Shown here: positions 1 through 12,230 of the stretch, piece by piece
Position numbering within the stretch: position 1 is the stretch's first letter
How the letters are laid out: every line of letters starts with the position of its first letter
Assembly: GCF_009914755.1 (NCBI RefSeq)
Contig: NC_060929.1
Strand: one strand, 5' to 3'
Source of the DNA: the human T2T-CHM13v2.0 reference genome, Homo sapiens
Length of the DNA stretch: 64,000 bases
Notes under the pieces: model-generated
The model's database searches: none
Seen by the model: the letters and a program-made list of their open reading frames with translations, nothing else
What the model was told of the DNA's origin: nothing
Translations under genes and position numbers: made by a program

Positions 1-244
1 TAGTGGAGACATTGAGCTGATATATGGGTCAATAATGATAGACTAGAGACTTTGTGTGTCTCTTTGGTGGAACATGTGTGGCTTGGATTCACCTTGAATC
101 CCCTGATTCTGGCACTCTGGCCTGAGAGTGTCCTCTGAATGAGTCATGTGGTGCCAGCGGGGTTGTTGAGATAGATAGATGGCCTGCAGGCATTTGGGTT
201 CAAATGCTGTTCTGCTGAATAAGGAATACGATTTGGGGACCAAA

Positions 245-400
245 CACCCTTGGATTTAAATCCCAGACTTGTTTTTCCCTGGTGGTGTGGCCCTAGGGAA
301 GTATTTCTGCTGAGCCTTACTGTCTTCTTGTGTCCAGTAAGGTTAGTAATATTGACCACATTGGCTCTTTGGGAAGAGGATGGAAAATAAAGTGTAAATG
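245..400 (+). mobile_element. MIR SINE fragment
   Basis: ggatttaaatcccag...gtgtggccctagggaagt...ctgagcct resembles the MIR core. Confidence 0.65.
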
Positions 401-960
401 GAGCGAGGGAGGGAATTTGTCTCCGAGGCAGCACAGGACAGGAGGTAATGGAAAGACCAAAGTGGTTTTTGGATTAGAGCTGCCTGCAGCCTTTATCTGT
501 CTATGGAGTTGATTTATTATTCTCCCAAATCTTGGAACAAAGTCAAGAAAGGGAGGAAGGAAGGGAGAGAGATGGGTAATAAGAGTATGGAAGAAAATGT
601 AAACATGTAGAGTGCAGACAGCGGCTGCCTGCCCATAGCAAGCCCTCCGCAGAGGGAGAATTAATTGGCTGTTGTCATTTGTATTGTTGTGATTGTTCTT
701 ATTGTTGAAAGATGTAGAAGAGAAATCAGGTAGAAAGAATTCAAGCAAAGACAGGGGGTGAGCGAAAGCATGAAGAAATGAACAGAATCTGGGCTGAATT
801 TCTTTAAGGTTATAAAGCACTCTATGCAATCTGAGGCAGGCAGTCCCCAAGCTTCTAGTACCACCCTGCGACTCTACGTGTCAAACAGGAGGAGTTCCTT
901 AAAGGGTGTTTGGTGTGTGCATGTGTGTAGAGGGATGAAGCATGTATACATCTTTGTATA

Positions 961-1155
961 CATCAGACACTGTGCTGGGCACTGCCCTTAAATTATCTCA
1001 CTTAATTGTCACACAGTCCTATGAAGCAGATGCTGTTATTGTCTCAGTTTTAGAGACAAGAAAACTGAAGCTCAGAGAAAAGAAGTGATGACCAGCCCAA
1101 GGTCACATAGCTGCTAAGTGCAGGGACAGCATCAGAACCCAGGCCCGTCTGTGCC
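961..1155 (-). mobile_element. MIR SINE
   Basis: gaaaactgaagctcagaga...cccaaggtcacatagctgctaagt is the antisense MIR core. Confidence 0.85.
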
Positions 1156-1635
1156 CTTAGGTCTCAGAGATTCTACACCTACTACCTAGTATTAGCTCAA
1201 TCTGACCCTTGGGGAAATTAAGCCCCAGGAAAGCTGTTTCCTTCAGTTGCGCAGCCAACTTGAAGCAATGGTAGACTGAATCCCAGTTCTGACTGCCAGC
1301 TCCACAGTCCCTCCCTGGGGCCTCGCACATCATTGGAACTGACAACACAAGAATCTTCCATCTCCTTCCTTCTCTTCCTCCTTTTCTTGGCTGTCGTCCA
1401 AAACTTTAGGGGAATGATAAACCAACTTGAGAGACAGAGAAAGGCTGTAGGAAGATCCAACTCAAAAACATTTTGGTGTTTGCTTTACGTCCGCCTGAGC
1501 GTCCCTGGAGATAAACCCTCCTCACTCTCGCCCACCATTGCTCTGCTATGTCAATTTCAGCAGCCGGACTCTGGGGCTGACATGCATTGCCCCTTCTCAA
1601 CCCAGACACCACTTCCTTCAGGGAAGGCTCCACAT

Positions 1636-1860
1636 AATGGTGAAGTGCACAGACTCAGAAGCCGGGCAGTGCTGTTCAGAACCTGGTTCTGCCTTTCTCG
1701 GGCGTGTGGCCTTGGATAAGTCATCTACTCTCTATGAGCCTCAGATCCTTCGTCTGCAAAACAGAGCTAATGCCTCCCTTCTAGGGTTGCTGTGGGGCTT
1801 AATTGAGAAGGTATATGTGAAATGCCTGCTCCATAATAGACACCCGTTTGAGAATTAACG
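1636..1860 (+). mobile_element. MIR SINE
   Basis: gtgtggccttggataagtca...gagcctcag...tctgcaaaa...tagggttgctgtggggcttaattgag. Confidence 0.8.
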
Positions 1861-2584
1861 TTTGGGTTGTTACAGTGTGAGCCCATGGGTCTCAGGCAAC
1901 AGACTTGATAAATACAGGTTCCTCTGCAACCACAATCCTAGTCCTTAGCACAAGCATGACACTGCCTGGCATGTGCTATCCCTCCCATATCCATCAGCCA
2001 TGGCAGACACAGATCCCTCATTATGAGACTTTTTTATTCTGAGCTAGAATGTGACCTCAGAATCTTTCTTAACACAATGCTTCAAGCAGTCACTACCAGT
2101 TGAACATAGTTGACATGGAAGATAGATGAAGTTTATTTGCATTCTAGTTCTCACCAAGTCCATGTTCACTGCTCCATCTGCTCAGTGCAGGCTGTCTCTC
2201 TGCTCTGTCTCCCACCTGCTTTTGTGAGTGTATGTTTCTATGTTTGTGTATATGTGTGTTTAAACTCCTCTTCCAGAGTGAAAGACCATTTCAGTCTTTT
2301 GTGTGCTGATTTGTAGAAATCATTGAACTTTCAGAATCCCATTTGCAATGTCATGTCTGTGGCTGGGGATCTCCAAGTAACATCAGCTTACGTCTGGGAA
2401 GGACAAGGGGAATCAAAGTTAGAAGTCAGGAGAGCAAAATCCACACACAGCATGCACCATCGGCCACCTTTAGGAGTGACACAAGAGATGGTGTTTGAAT
2501 ATAAATTTGAAGTCTTTCCAAAGATTTAACACTCCTTTGGCTGACAACCATAATCTCAAGGAGGTAGGCCTAGGCTAGAGCAAT

Positions 2585-2810
2585 TATACTTTAGGGTAAC
2601 CCTAGCTGCTATAACAAATAAACCCCAATATTGCAGTAGGCTGAAACATAGAATTGTTTTTATCATTCATATAACTTCTTGATGGGCCAGTAGCCTTCTT
2701 CCATGTAGTCACTCAGGGACCTAGCCTCCTTCCATCTTGTTGCTCCCCCAACCCTAAGGCATCCTCTACATCTAGGTGAAAGGGGAGCAGAAAATGTGGT
2801 CTCTGGCCCA
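2585..2810 (-). mobile_element. MaLR LTR fragment (MLT1J/K-like)
   Basis: tagctgctataacaaataaaccccc...cttccatgtagtcactcagggacctagcctccttccatcttg typical of antisense MLT1. Confidence 0.65.
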
Positions 2811-4419
2811 GGAACAACTCTAGTCTTGGAGAAGCACATGATATAGTATGGAGATCACAGCCAGGCCTGCCACCGGCAGCAATTCAGGGCTGGGCACCAG
2901 ATCAGCTGGGTGGAGTCCCAGCTGGCCAAGGAGTCTGAGCCCAGGTACTATGTGGTCATCTTGGGCATGGAACAGGGCAGCTCAAGGACCAGAGGTCAGC
3001 TGGCAGGGTCCGCACCAAGCCTATCCAGGGAAGCCCTGCCCTGATCATGGACAAGGCCTGTGTAATCCTGATGTCAGCTGCTTCCCTCCCGAGGACAGCC
3101 TGCAGCAGATGGTCAGAGCCTGTTGCCATTAAACATTTGAGTGGTTCCACCAGCATCCCGATGAGTCTGGGTTCAGCAAGAAACATTATTGTAATGTGCT
3201 CCCCAGGCAGCTCTGCCTCAGGGAGAGACAATGCCAGGCATGACAACTTCAGCATTCTTGTTCTGCATGGCAGTTGCATTTCTCATTGTGGTTTATATGT
3301 TGGTCACATGATCTGAGCTAATGGGAGTATTCGCCTGACAGATGAGTCCCTTTTGCTGGGTGTGCCAGCAAAATCAGGCTTCCAAGCCCCCAAGGCTCAC
3401 TGCCAGAGGCTGGGGAATTCGCCAAGGTAAATGCCACCTTGTGAGGTCTTTGGGACACAGCCAGCAGCCTCCCCAGGGCACCATTCCTGTCTCAGCATGA
3501 GGCTTCTCTGGCCAGCCCAATGGCATTTGGGAGCCACATCCACACCCCACGGGTCTGGGTCTGTTTCCAGCTGCACTGGGACATTCTGGCAGATTCTCCC
3601 TGATCTCTGTAAGGAAGAGTACAGCAGGAAGGAGAGGAAGCAGAAAAAAATTCCAATGCTTAGAGTTTTCCCTCTAAAGAGGACCTCCTGAGCCACTTCT
3701 GAACAGGACTTGGAACAAAGGAATCTTGGCGCTTTGATGATCGTGTCTGCAGCAGTTGTTGAAATGAGTCTGACACTCGCCAGTGCCTTAGTAGGAATTA
3801 TAATTACATCAGGAGACCCCAGGCAACCAAGTAAACTGATTAGCTACTGCTCCGAGTTGATAGATTTTTTTCTCTCTAGGTCATAAATAGGGCTGTGGGA
3901 GATGGTGGAAGCATGCTGGTGGGAACAGGTCGAGATGGGCTGTACATTCAGGAAGCCCAACCAAGTGGTGTGGGCAGCTCCCCCTGCCCCACCCTGCCAC
4001 CGGAAGAGACAGTCTGACAGGTGCCCAAGGTAGAGTTCAGTTCCCTCGGCCAGGGACTGCACTCCTGATCTTGCGTGCTGCAGAGAGCTGTCCTCAGAGC
4101 AGGCTGAGGGTGGCTGAACTGCTAGGCGATGCTCTGGGAAGCCCTCCGCCAGGAAAGCCGATGCTTTCTGCCAGGCATAATTATTGCATGGATAATTACA
4201 CGATTCAGAGCCTGCTGGAGAATCCTGGGCTGGTGCCAGAGTAGAAAGGCAGGGTTCCGGAACTGCAGCCAGTGGCTGATTCTCAGAGTCGACTTTGAAA
4301 GAAGAGGGTAATCATTCCTCCTCCTAAGACTCCTACCTGGCTGGGCCAGGACATGGCAAACGTAAAGCTAAGGGAGGCGGGGAGTTGATGAGTTCTCTCC
4401 TCCACTCACTCCCTTACAG

Positions 4420-5050
4420 GAGGGGGTCCCCAGAGTTCTGACCTAATCACTCTTCTTTACTCCCTGCACGTGTCACCTCCCTGGGACAATCCACCCCTGC
4501 CCATTAGCACATATATGCGGATGACACCAAGTGTCTTTCCAGCCAGGCATCTGCAAATGCATGCTGGGCATCTCCCTCACGTGTCTCCTCCAGCCCATTG
4601 CACTCCAGCCTGAGCCATTCTCCTCCTACCCCAGTCTGCCTCTCAGTCCATATTCTCTTCCCAGCCAGACATACCTAACCTCCCAGACCTCCACTAGGAA
4701 CCCAGGAGTCCTAACCTGCTAGTCCTTTCCCACTCCCTGTGCACCATCCGAAGCCAGGTCATGTCAGTTCTACAGCAGATGTGTCTTGGCTCCTGCCTGT
4801 TCTCCCAGCACCACCCCCCAGTCCTCCGGCACAGCCCAGGTCTGGGCTCCATGGTCTGCCCTGGCTTTCTTGTGGTGGCCTCCTCCCTGGCCTCCCCACC
4901 CTCATCCCCTGGGGACCAGCCTCCCACTGCCTCCAGATCCAATGTCTTCCAGTAAATCTGTCTACACATTCCCAAGGTTGGAGTCCTTCCATGGTTTCCT
5001 TCACTCTCAGCACCAACTTGGCCCCTTCTGACTGTCCTGAAGACCCTTCC
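4420..5050 (+). mobile_element. L2 LINE fragment including the RT-domain remnant
   Basis: tat gcg gat gac acc (YADDT) at 4514-4528 in pyrimidine-rich L2-like sequence. Confidence 0.7.
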
Positions 5051-5189
5051 CAAGCTGCCAACGCTCCAGCACTGCATCCCCTGCCCTGCTTGTGACACCC
5101 AACCCTATCAGATGCCACATGCACTTCTCCCAGTTGTCCAATGTGGCTTTGCCAAGCCTGAGCATACATGTGTGGAAGGGAGGAATGCA

Positions 5190-5432
5190 AGGGTGAATGT
5201 TCTGGACTCTGGAGCTACACTGTGTGGGTTTCAATCTTAGCTCTGTCACTTGCTAGCTGTGTGACCCAGGACAAGTCACTTGGCCCCTCTGTTATTCTTT
5301 CTTCCCATCTATAATGTAGAAATAATAGTAATAACAGAACCCATCCATGGGGTTGTTGGGAGGATTCAATGACATATTCATGTAAAAGACTCAGAGCATG
5401 ACCAGTGCACAGTGGCCATCTTATCAAGTGCC
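5190..5432 (+). mobile_element. MIR SINE, near full length
   Basis: agctctgtcacttgctagctgtgtgacccaggacaagtcactt...gggttgttgggaggattcaatga. Confidence 0.9.
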
Positions 5433-6029
5433 TGCTGCCTGTCCCAAGATGGAAACACAAAATGTGAAATCCAAGTGTGGGTGGTGGAGGGGTGGTATGG
5501 GGCGGGGCGGGAATTCAGTTTAAACTAGTTCATGCCTTCATTTTACAGAGGGAGAAACAGGTCCTGAGAGAGGAGGGATCTTACCCATGGCCACCCCAGG
5601 ACCCAGCCCAGTGTTCTTGGTTCTGAGGCCCGGCTGCCCTGGCATGGAGCAGACAGCTCCCTCTGGGTGGTCAAGTTCCCTGAGTTCTTTGAGGGCTGAC
5701 TAGTGGTGAGAGGGATTCCTCCCCACCAAACCCCTGACTCTGAGAAGTGGGTTGGAGCAGGAGAAGAAAAGTGTGCAACTCAGCTCAGCTTTCCAGGGTA
5801 AACCGATGAGAGGACATTTGACGGTGGCAGCGTTAGGAGGGGACTTCTGCACAAGGCCGGGGAAACTTTGCCTAAGATTTAGGCCCTGGGCTCAGCCTGA
5901 TGCACCCCATTTACTGGGTGCCTGCTCTGAGACCAGGATACGTGGAAAGAACCCACGCCTGGGAGCCAGCTGTCCTGGGCTTTGGAAATAGCTGTGTCCG
6001 TAGGTGAGACCTTGTCTCTGCAGGCCTCT

Positions 6030-6260
6030 AGCAGAGGGGCTAAGAGCATGCGCTCTGCAGGCTGCCTGGGTCCTCACCCCTACTCCCGCACTTAGTAGCC
6101 CTTGGTGACTTAACCTTCCTGAGCCTCAGTTTTCTCTTCTGTAAATGGAAGATCATAATGATACCTGCCCCATAGAGTTGTGTGGATAAGCGATAGAATC
6201 TGCATTAAAGCATTTAGGTAGTGCCTGAGATTTAGCAAAGGCTCAATCAACATTTAAAAA
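6030..6260 (+). mobile_element. MIR SINE
   Basis: gtgacttaaccttcctgagcctcagttttctcttctgtaaatgg...atagagttgtgtggat. Confidence 0.85.
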
Positions 6261-6919
6261 TGGCAAGAACCAAGCACTATCATGCAGGTAGGGCACCCAT
6301 CTTTGTGCATAATCCCTTTGCCTTCCCTCCCTAGAATGCAGAGGAAGGAAGACCTCTGTGAGAACCCTACATACATCTTTGCCAATTGGCAGTTTTTCCT
6401 CTAGTTAATTTGGGAGCCTGTGACCTTTACCGCCGTGTGATTCTCTGACTCAGACTGCAGTGTTGCAGTGCCAGCCAAACATGGTGACAAGCCCCTTCCC
6501 AGGCAACTGAGGACAGGCAGGAGTGTTCTGGAATCTTCTCCTGGAGTGGGAGTAAGGGTGGGCAGAGCCATGTGATGCTGCACTGTCCACCTGGTTGAAG
6601 GAAGTAATTCCAGACTCTGTCTCTGACATCTCTATTAGCCAAGGGTGAGGGTGTTAGTTCGGGTCATGTTAGCTGCGCCTCCCACCCTGCATCCTGGGCC
6701 CAGAAACCACACCCCTGCGCAGGGCTTCTGTGTCAGAGTCACCAGGGAAATGGGCTGCTGAGGATGCCAGCACCAACCAGGCTGCTGTCCTGGGGCGACA
6801 TGTCTGCCATCTTACAACCTCCCTTCCAATATTCACCATGTGCCAGCTCCAGCTCAGTCACTGAGCCTCACATCGCTGGACCCCACTGTGTGCTCAGGGT
6901 CATCAGGCACTTTCGCCTG

Positions 6920-7250
6920 TGGCTGGGATTGAGACCTGGCTCCTCCACCTTGCACTTGTGTGACCTGGCCATGCTCATGTCACCCTCCTGGGCACCCCAA
7001 TACCCTCATTTGTAAAGTTCAACCTACATGCTGTGACTGTGAAGTGAGAAAGCAGTCAGCAGTGCTTAGAACAGTGCCTGGCTCCTACTACACACTCAAT
7101 AATGCCAGCTATGTTGTCAATATCAACTCTACGCAGTAGCCCATTTCTGTAGATGAAGAAAGGGAGGCTACAGGAAGGGAAGGCATGTGCCTGGGGTGGA
7201 TTCGAACTCAGGCCTGTCGGGTTCCAGTCTGGGCTTTTCTGCTCTTTCCA
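6920..7250. mobile_element. Two adjacent MIRs (plus ~6920-7125, minus ~7130-7250)
   Basis: ttgtgtgacctggcc...cttagaacagtgcctggc, then cccatttctgtagatgaagaa...ggattcgaactcagg. Confidence 0.7.
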
Positions 7251-7526
7251 GGCCATATTGGAACTGCCATTAGAGGGACTCATTCATTCCCATACATGTC
7301 AAATATGCACTGCACCCAGATTACATCCATCTTTAATTGAAGACCTATCCTTCTGGGCTTTGGAGATTTGCTGGACTTGGGGAGTCACCAATACAACTCA
7401 GGTAGTGACATCTGGGAGGAGAAGACTGAGGTGTCATCAGCTGCTTCTTATCCCCCTGCCTTTGCTCAGCCTGTCCCCACTGATGGGACACCTTTGCCCA
7501 ACCTCTCACCCATACCTTTTATCTGA

Positions 7527-7838
<312 letters not shown>

Positions 7839-8179
7839 TAGTTGCTTCTTCCTGTCCTTTGGGACCTGGTACAGGCATCACCTTCTCTGGGATGCTTCCC
7901 TTGTCCCTCCCTCATCACAAGGCTGGCTTGGGTGACCTTTCTCCGTGCTCCAAAACTCCCTTGCTCCTAAGCAGCCCCAGCATGGAGCTCCAAGCCATGA
8001 AGCTCTAATATCAGAGTCCAAGCCTTATAGAGCTTCCAGGGTCTGACACATGGCAGAAGTTAAATTAAACTATGTATTTGTTTATTTGCTAACATTCTGC
8101 CTTATTACAAAAGAGACTTGAGTCAACTAAGCAAATAAATGTTTGCAGAGCTGAATTAAACTGAGACAGGGTACTGGCC

Positions 8180-8350
8180 CAGTAGAAAAGTAGAAAATAC
8201 CTGGGCTTGGGCATCAGGAAGACCTGGGTGAGAATTCTCCAGACCTGTGCCTTCTATGGAACATTAAAAAGGTCACTTTCCCTCTCAAAGCCTCAGTTAG
8301 CTCTTCAGGGCCTGCGAACGGCAATCTATTGTGAGGACCTGGTGTGTGAG
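8180..8350 (+). mobile_element. MIR fragment
   Basis: catcaggaagacctgggtgagaattc...gtcactttccctctcaaagcctcagtt...ttgtgagga. Confidence 0.65.
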
Positions 8351-9189
8351 CCAAGTGCACCCATCAGCCACTCACAGCTGCAGCAGAACCAGGCAGTTGA
8401 GTTTGACATTGGCCTTTTAAGCTAGTCACGAATAATCAGAAGACCCATGGCAGGCTGTCACTAGTGATTTTGCTTAGGTACAAACTTGAATGGTGCTCCT
8501 TGGAGTTCTGATGTGGGAGAGTCACTGAGCTGGACGTTAGCACACACAGTTACACGCTCACAGGCTCACCCCAGCATGCATGTCTCAAAACAATATATTT
8601 TCCTCTATTTGTCCTTGGGTTTTCAGTTACAGCAAAAGTATTTTCAAAACAAAACAAAATGCATCATGATACAATCTCATATCAAGTAACATTCATTTGG
8701 GGGGACGCACTTAAATTAATAGTTTCATAAGCGGTTGTTGTCCTGCATTTACAGACACACGACAATTCTGAAGGGGTCATGTTATTTTTCGATTATCCTT
8801 TACTGCATTTTATGTGGGACATGGCATGCTGCAGTGGTGTTTGTGAGCTGGAGGATTTGGGAGAGCCTTAGGAACCCTCCCAGGAGCCTCAAGGATTGAC
8901 TGCAGTAGGAGCTCAAATGAGTTTTGCCTGGGGCCTGCCCTGGAGGAGACCTGCCTCTCAGCAGCCAATCCCACCCAGGCTGCTCTGGAACTGGAGGCTC
9001 TGGCTCACTGGGCCCTGCTCCCCACCCACTTCCCTCTCGCCTCTCCCATTCCCTTCCCCAGTCTGCAGCCCCTTTGTTCAAGGAGGGAGCTGCAAGCGGG
9101 TGGTCTCTGGGCAGCTGGATAACTACTTCTAAAGCCTCTTAGACCCTGGTAATCTTCCTCCTAACACCATCGGGTGACTGCAAAGCACT

Positions 9190-9335
9190 GCAGGCCAGAC
9201 TTCAGTTCTGCTGTGTAATTTGCAAGCTGGGTGACCTTCCTTATCTATAGAATGGGCTCTCCTGCATGGCTGGCATGAGGAATAAACAAAATGGTTGTGT
9301 CCAGTGCCTGGGGCATAGCACAGCTCAAAAAACTT
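9190..9335 (+). mobile_element. MIR fragment
   Basis: agctgggtgaccttccttatctatagaatggg...cagtgcctggggcatagcacagctcaa. Confidence 0.65.
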
Positions 9336-9826
9336 AGTTCATCCTCCTGAGGGATCAAGAAGATACTTGGAAACAAATGTCCAAGGGCGTAATCTTGAAG
9401 GGGCTTGTGCCAGGCATATATGGAGAGAAGGGTTTTGTGGGATGTCAGACTTAATAGTGCCCTTTACTCCCCACCCCCGTCTCTCTGTTCATAGACAGGA
9501 AATCTGTGGCCTATTCTGGGACCTCAAAGTGCCACAGGGTTAAAGATACCAAGTCAGAAATCTAAGGTTCTAAATGGACTTTAGACCATTTTTCATTTGG
9601 GAAGGAAGAATTCTTTAAGGGGTTGTGCTGGCGCTGTCTCTGTATGCATGTGCAGAATGTGCTTCCAGATGGGGTAATGGTCTGAGTTTGAGGACAGAAG
9701 TCCACTCCACTGCATTCAACTGTTCAATAGTCCTGGGCAGTGTTATTGCATGGGAGACCATACCTAACCCCAAAGATTGCCCCATAGTCTCTTTGTCAGA
9801 TAAAGCATAAGTGAGCATCCCATCTT

Positions 9827-10340
9827 TGTTAGTCAGAACCTTTTCAGTTTCAAACAACAGAAAACCAACTCTTCCTGTTTAAAGGAAGAAAAGGGGGGTT
9901 TATTGGTTCATGTAATAAAATGGCCAGGGTAAGATTAACTTCAGGCAGAGCTGAATACAGGTGCTCAAAGAAAATGTCGACAAGAACCTGTTGATTTCTC
10001 TGTCTCAGCTCTGCTCTCTTCTGTCTTGGCTTCATTCTCAGGAAATGCTCTAACCTTGGGGTTCCAAGAGTAGTCACCAGCAGCCCCATATTTACAGCCC
10101 ACCAGCTCAGCAACCTCTGTGGGAAAGAGCTTCTCAATAGTTCCAGGAAAAGTCCCAGGGCTGGCTCCCATTGGCCTAGATAGGGTTCTGTGTTATGCTG
10201 TGAGGTGCTGGTTCTGGGGACGGAGGAGTGTTCTGCCTTAACAACCGAATGGACTGTATTTGTGGGGAGGTGTGGGAAACCAAGGAGCTCTTACCAGGAG
10301 AATGGATGTTGGGCCAGCAGAAACAAAATATGTTACTGCC
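9827..10340 (-). mobile_element. MaLR solo LTR (MLT1J/L-like)
   Basis: tgttagtcagaaccttttcagtttcaaacaacagaaaaccaact...tttattggttcatgtaa...ctctgctctc...ttggcttcattctcagg. Confidence 0.85.
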
Positions 10341-10509
10341 TTCTTCAAGTACACAGGTTTCTGTAAAGCCTAACATCACACTGAGGCACCACTTGCCCCA
10401 AACTCCAGCCTGAAGGATTATGAGGAGTTCGAGCTTGCCTTTGCAGGGCGCCTGCTTCCTGTTAGGACTGTGCTCATTGTACATGGACCTTCTTCTGAAC
10501 CTCTGAGAT

Positions 10510-11280
10510 TGGTTCTGTTATCTTTATTCCCATTTTACAGATAGCCAACCACAAACTTACTGGGTGGAGTAACAGTGTTGCCCAGAGTTAGAGCTTATAA
10601 ATGGCAGAGTTGGAGTTTGGACCTATATTAAACAGTCTAACTTCACAGGGCAGACTCTTAGCCATCAAGCAATATGGTCTTCCCCGAGAATGTCTCCCCA
10701 CTTCACCCTTCCAGGCCTTTCTTCTTGTTGGACTCTAGACTTTAAATGCCCTTCTTTTTACTTCCTGCTCACTTATTAAACTCTTCCTGGAATGCTCCTC
10801 CTCCTGATAGTTTTCCCCAGGATTAAATCTGAGCAAGACCCTTTTCTACAAGACCAAGGTCACCATGCCACTGCTGACTACAGTTGGTGTATTTGTTTGT
10901 CCTAACCCTTGGAGGGCAGAGACTAAATTTATTGTTTACCACTCTGGCACCTAGTACACTGCCTGGCACAGAGTAGGTGCTCATGGCTCATAACATGTTT
11001 ATTGATTGTTTAGATGGCAACACAGATAAAATCAAAACATGGAAGGTTGCTGAGACTCAAAGACAGGATTATTATTGTTGGTAATGATCTGATAGCTAAT
11101 GAGTATTATATTAATAATAGTCAACATGTCAGGTACTATAATAGAGGCTTTGCGTAACTGCTCCTTTTAGTCCTCCCAGTAATACTATGATGCTGATATT
11201 ACTCTTCCCATTTTGTAGATAAAGAAACTGGGAGTCAAGGAGGTGAAATGGCTTTCCCAAAGTCTTGCATATAATGTATC
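10510..11280. mobile_element. MIR(-) / L2 3' end(+) / MIR(-) cluster
   Basis: cccattttacagatag (10530); cctggcacagagtaggtgctca (10962); cccattttgtagataaagaaactgg (11207). Confidence 0.75.
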
Positions 11281-11479
11281 CGGACTGCAAGGATGGGGCC
11301 CTCTGGCCCCCTCAACACCCTATCTGCCTCTCATACCCAGGGACCTGCCCACAAGGTCAGCCCCTTGGCAATCTTGCCAACCTTGGGGCTCAAAATTCAG
11401 TTTATGGCTTCCCAAGATCTATTGGATGCTTTTCCTAAGTTTGGAGAATTCATGACATTATGAATCCTTTTTCCCCAAG

Positions 11480-11905
11480 GTGGGTATTCAAACTCAGAGT
11501 TCCAGCCACGCTTGCATCCAGGGCTCAGATAGCAGAGGGACCTGCCTGAGGCTTGATTTAGAAGGGTCCACCTGAGGATGTGGATGAAGCGTGAATTCAT
11601 TTCTGGCAGGGGTGGCAGCAGAGGCAGACAGCTCTGTGGAGGCAGAGGTGGGGAAATTCTGGTGTCTCCTTCCTAGTGTGGACCATCGCGCCTGTGTTGA
11701 GCAGTGGAGATAGTGGGGTCTTTCCTGCAGAGGCCTCCATGGTAGGGCTCAAACATTGTTCTAGCTGGGGTGGCCTCCAAGCCTAATACCTTGACCCTCT
11801 TCGAGATTCTCTGCACTGCCAAATATCTTCTAATAAATTCCTTCTCTGCATAAACCAACTAGAATAGATTCTGTAGTTTACAACCAAGAATCCTGACTGA
11901 AACCC
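11480..11905 (+). mobile_element. MaLR LTR (MLT1K/L/N-like)
   Basis: 3' end tctaataaattccttctctgcataaaccaactagaatagattctgtagtttacaaccaagaatcctgactga. Confidence 0.75.
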
Positions 11906-12063
11906 CCTGAAGCTTGTGGGTTTAGGTATGACCATGTGGGAAGGCAGCATGAGCTCTGGACTATAAAGAGAATCAGTTGAGGATGTGGCAGCAAACAGGT
12001 ATACTAGGGGATCAACGAGGGGAATTATTATGATGATGGGCCTTTGGAAACCTCTGCCTTCTA

Positions 12064-12230
12064 CAGCAGTACTTTGAAACTCTTGTGCACACAGATCACC
12101 TAAGGATGTTGTTAGCATGCAAATTCTGATTCAGGAGTTTGGGGCTGGGACCTGGGATCCTGCATTTCCAATACCCTTCTCCACTTAAGTTTTGCTGATG
12201 CTGGTAGTCTGAGGACCACCAATGAGGTGG
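12064..12230. mobile_element. MER5A-like hAT-Charlie MITE
   Basis: gatcacctaaggatgttgttagcatgcaaattctgattcagg...cctgcatttcc...ctgatgctgg...gaggaccac. Confidence 0.75.

Noticed and set aside
9728-9760. cctgggcagtgttattgcatgggagacc resembling the 5S rRNA box C region
   Set aside because: Only about 25 nt of loose similarity; flanks do not follow 5S rRNA
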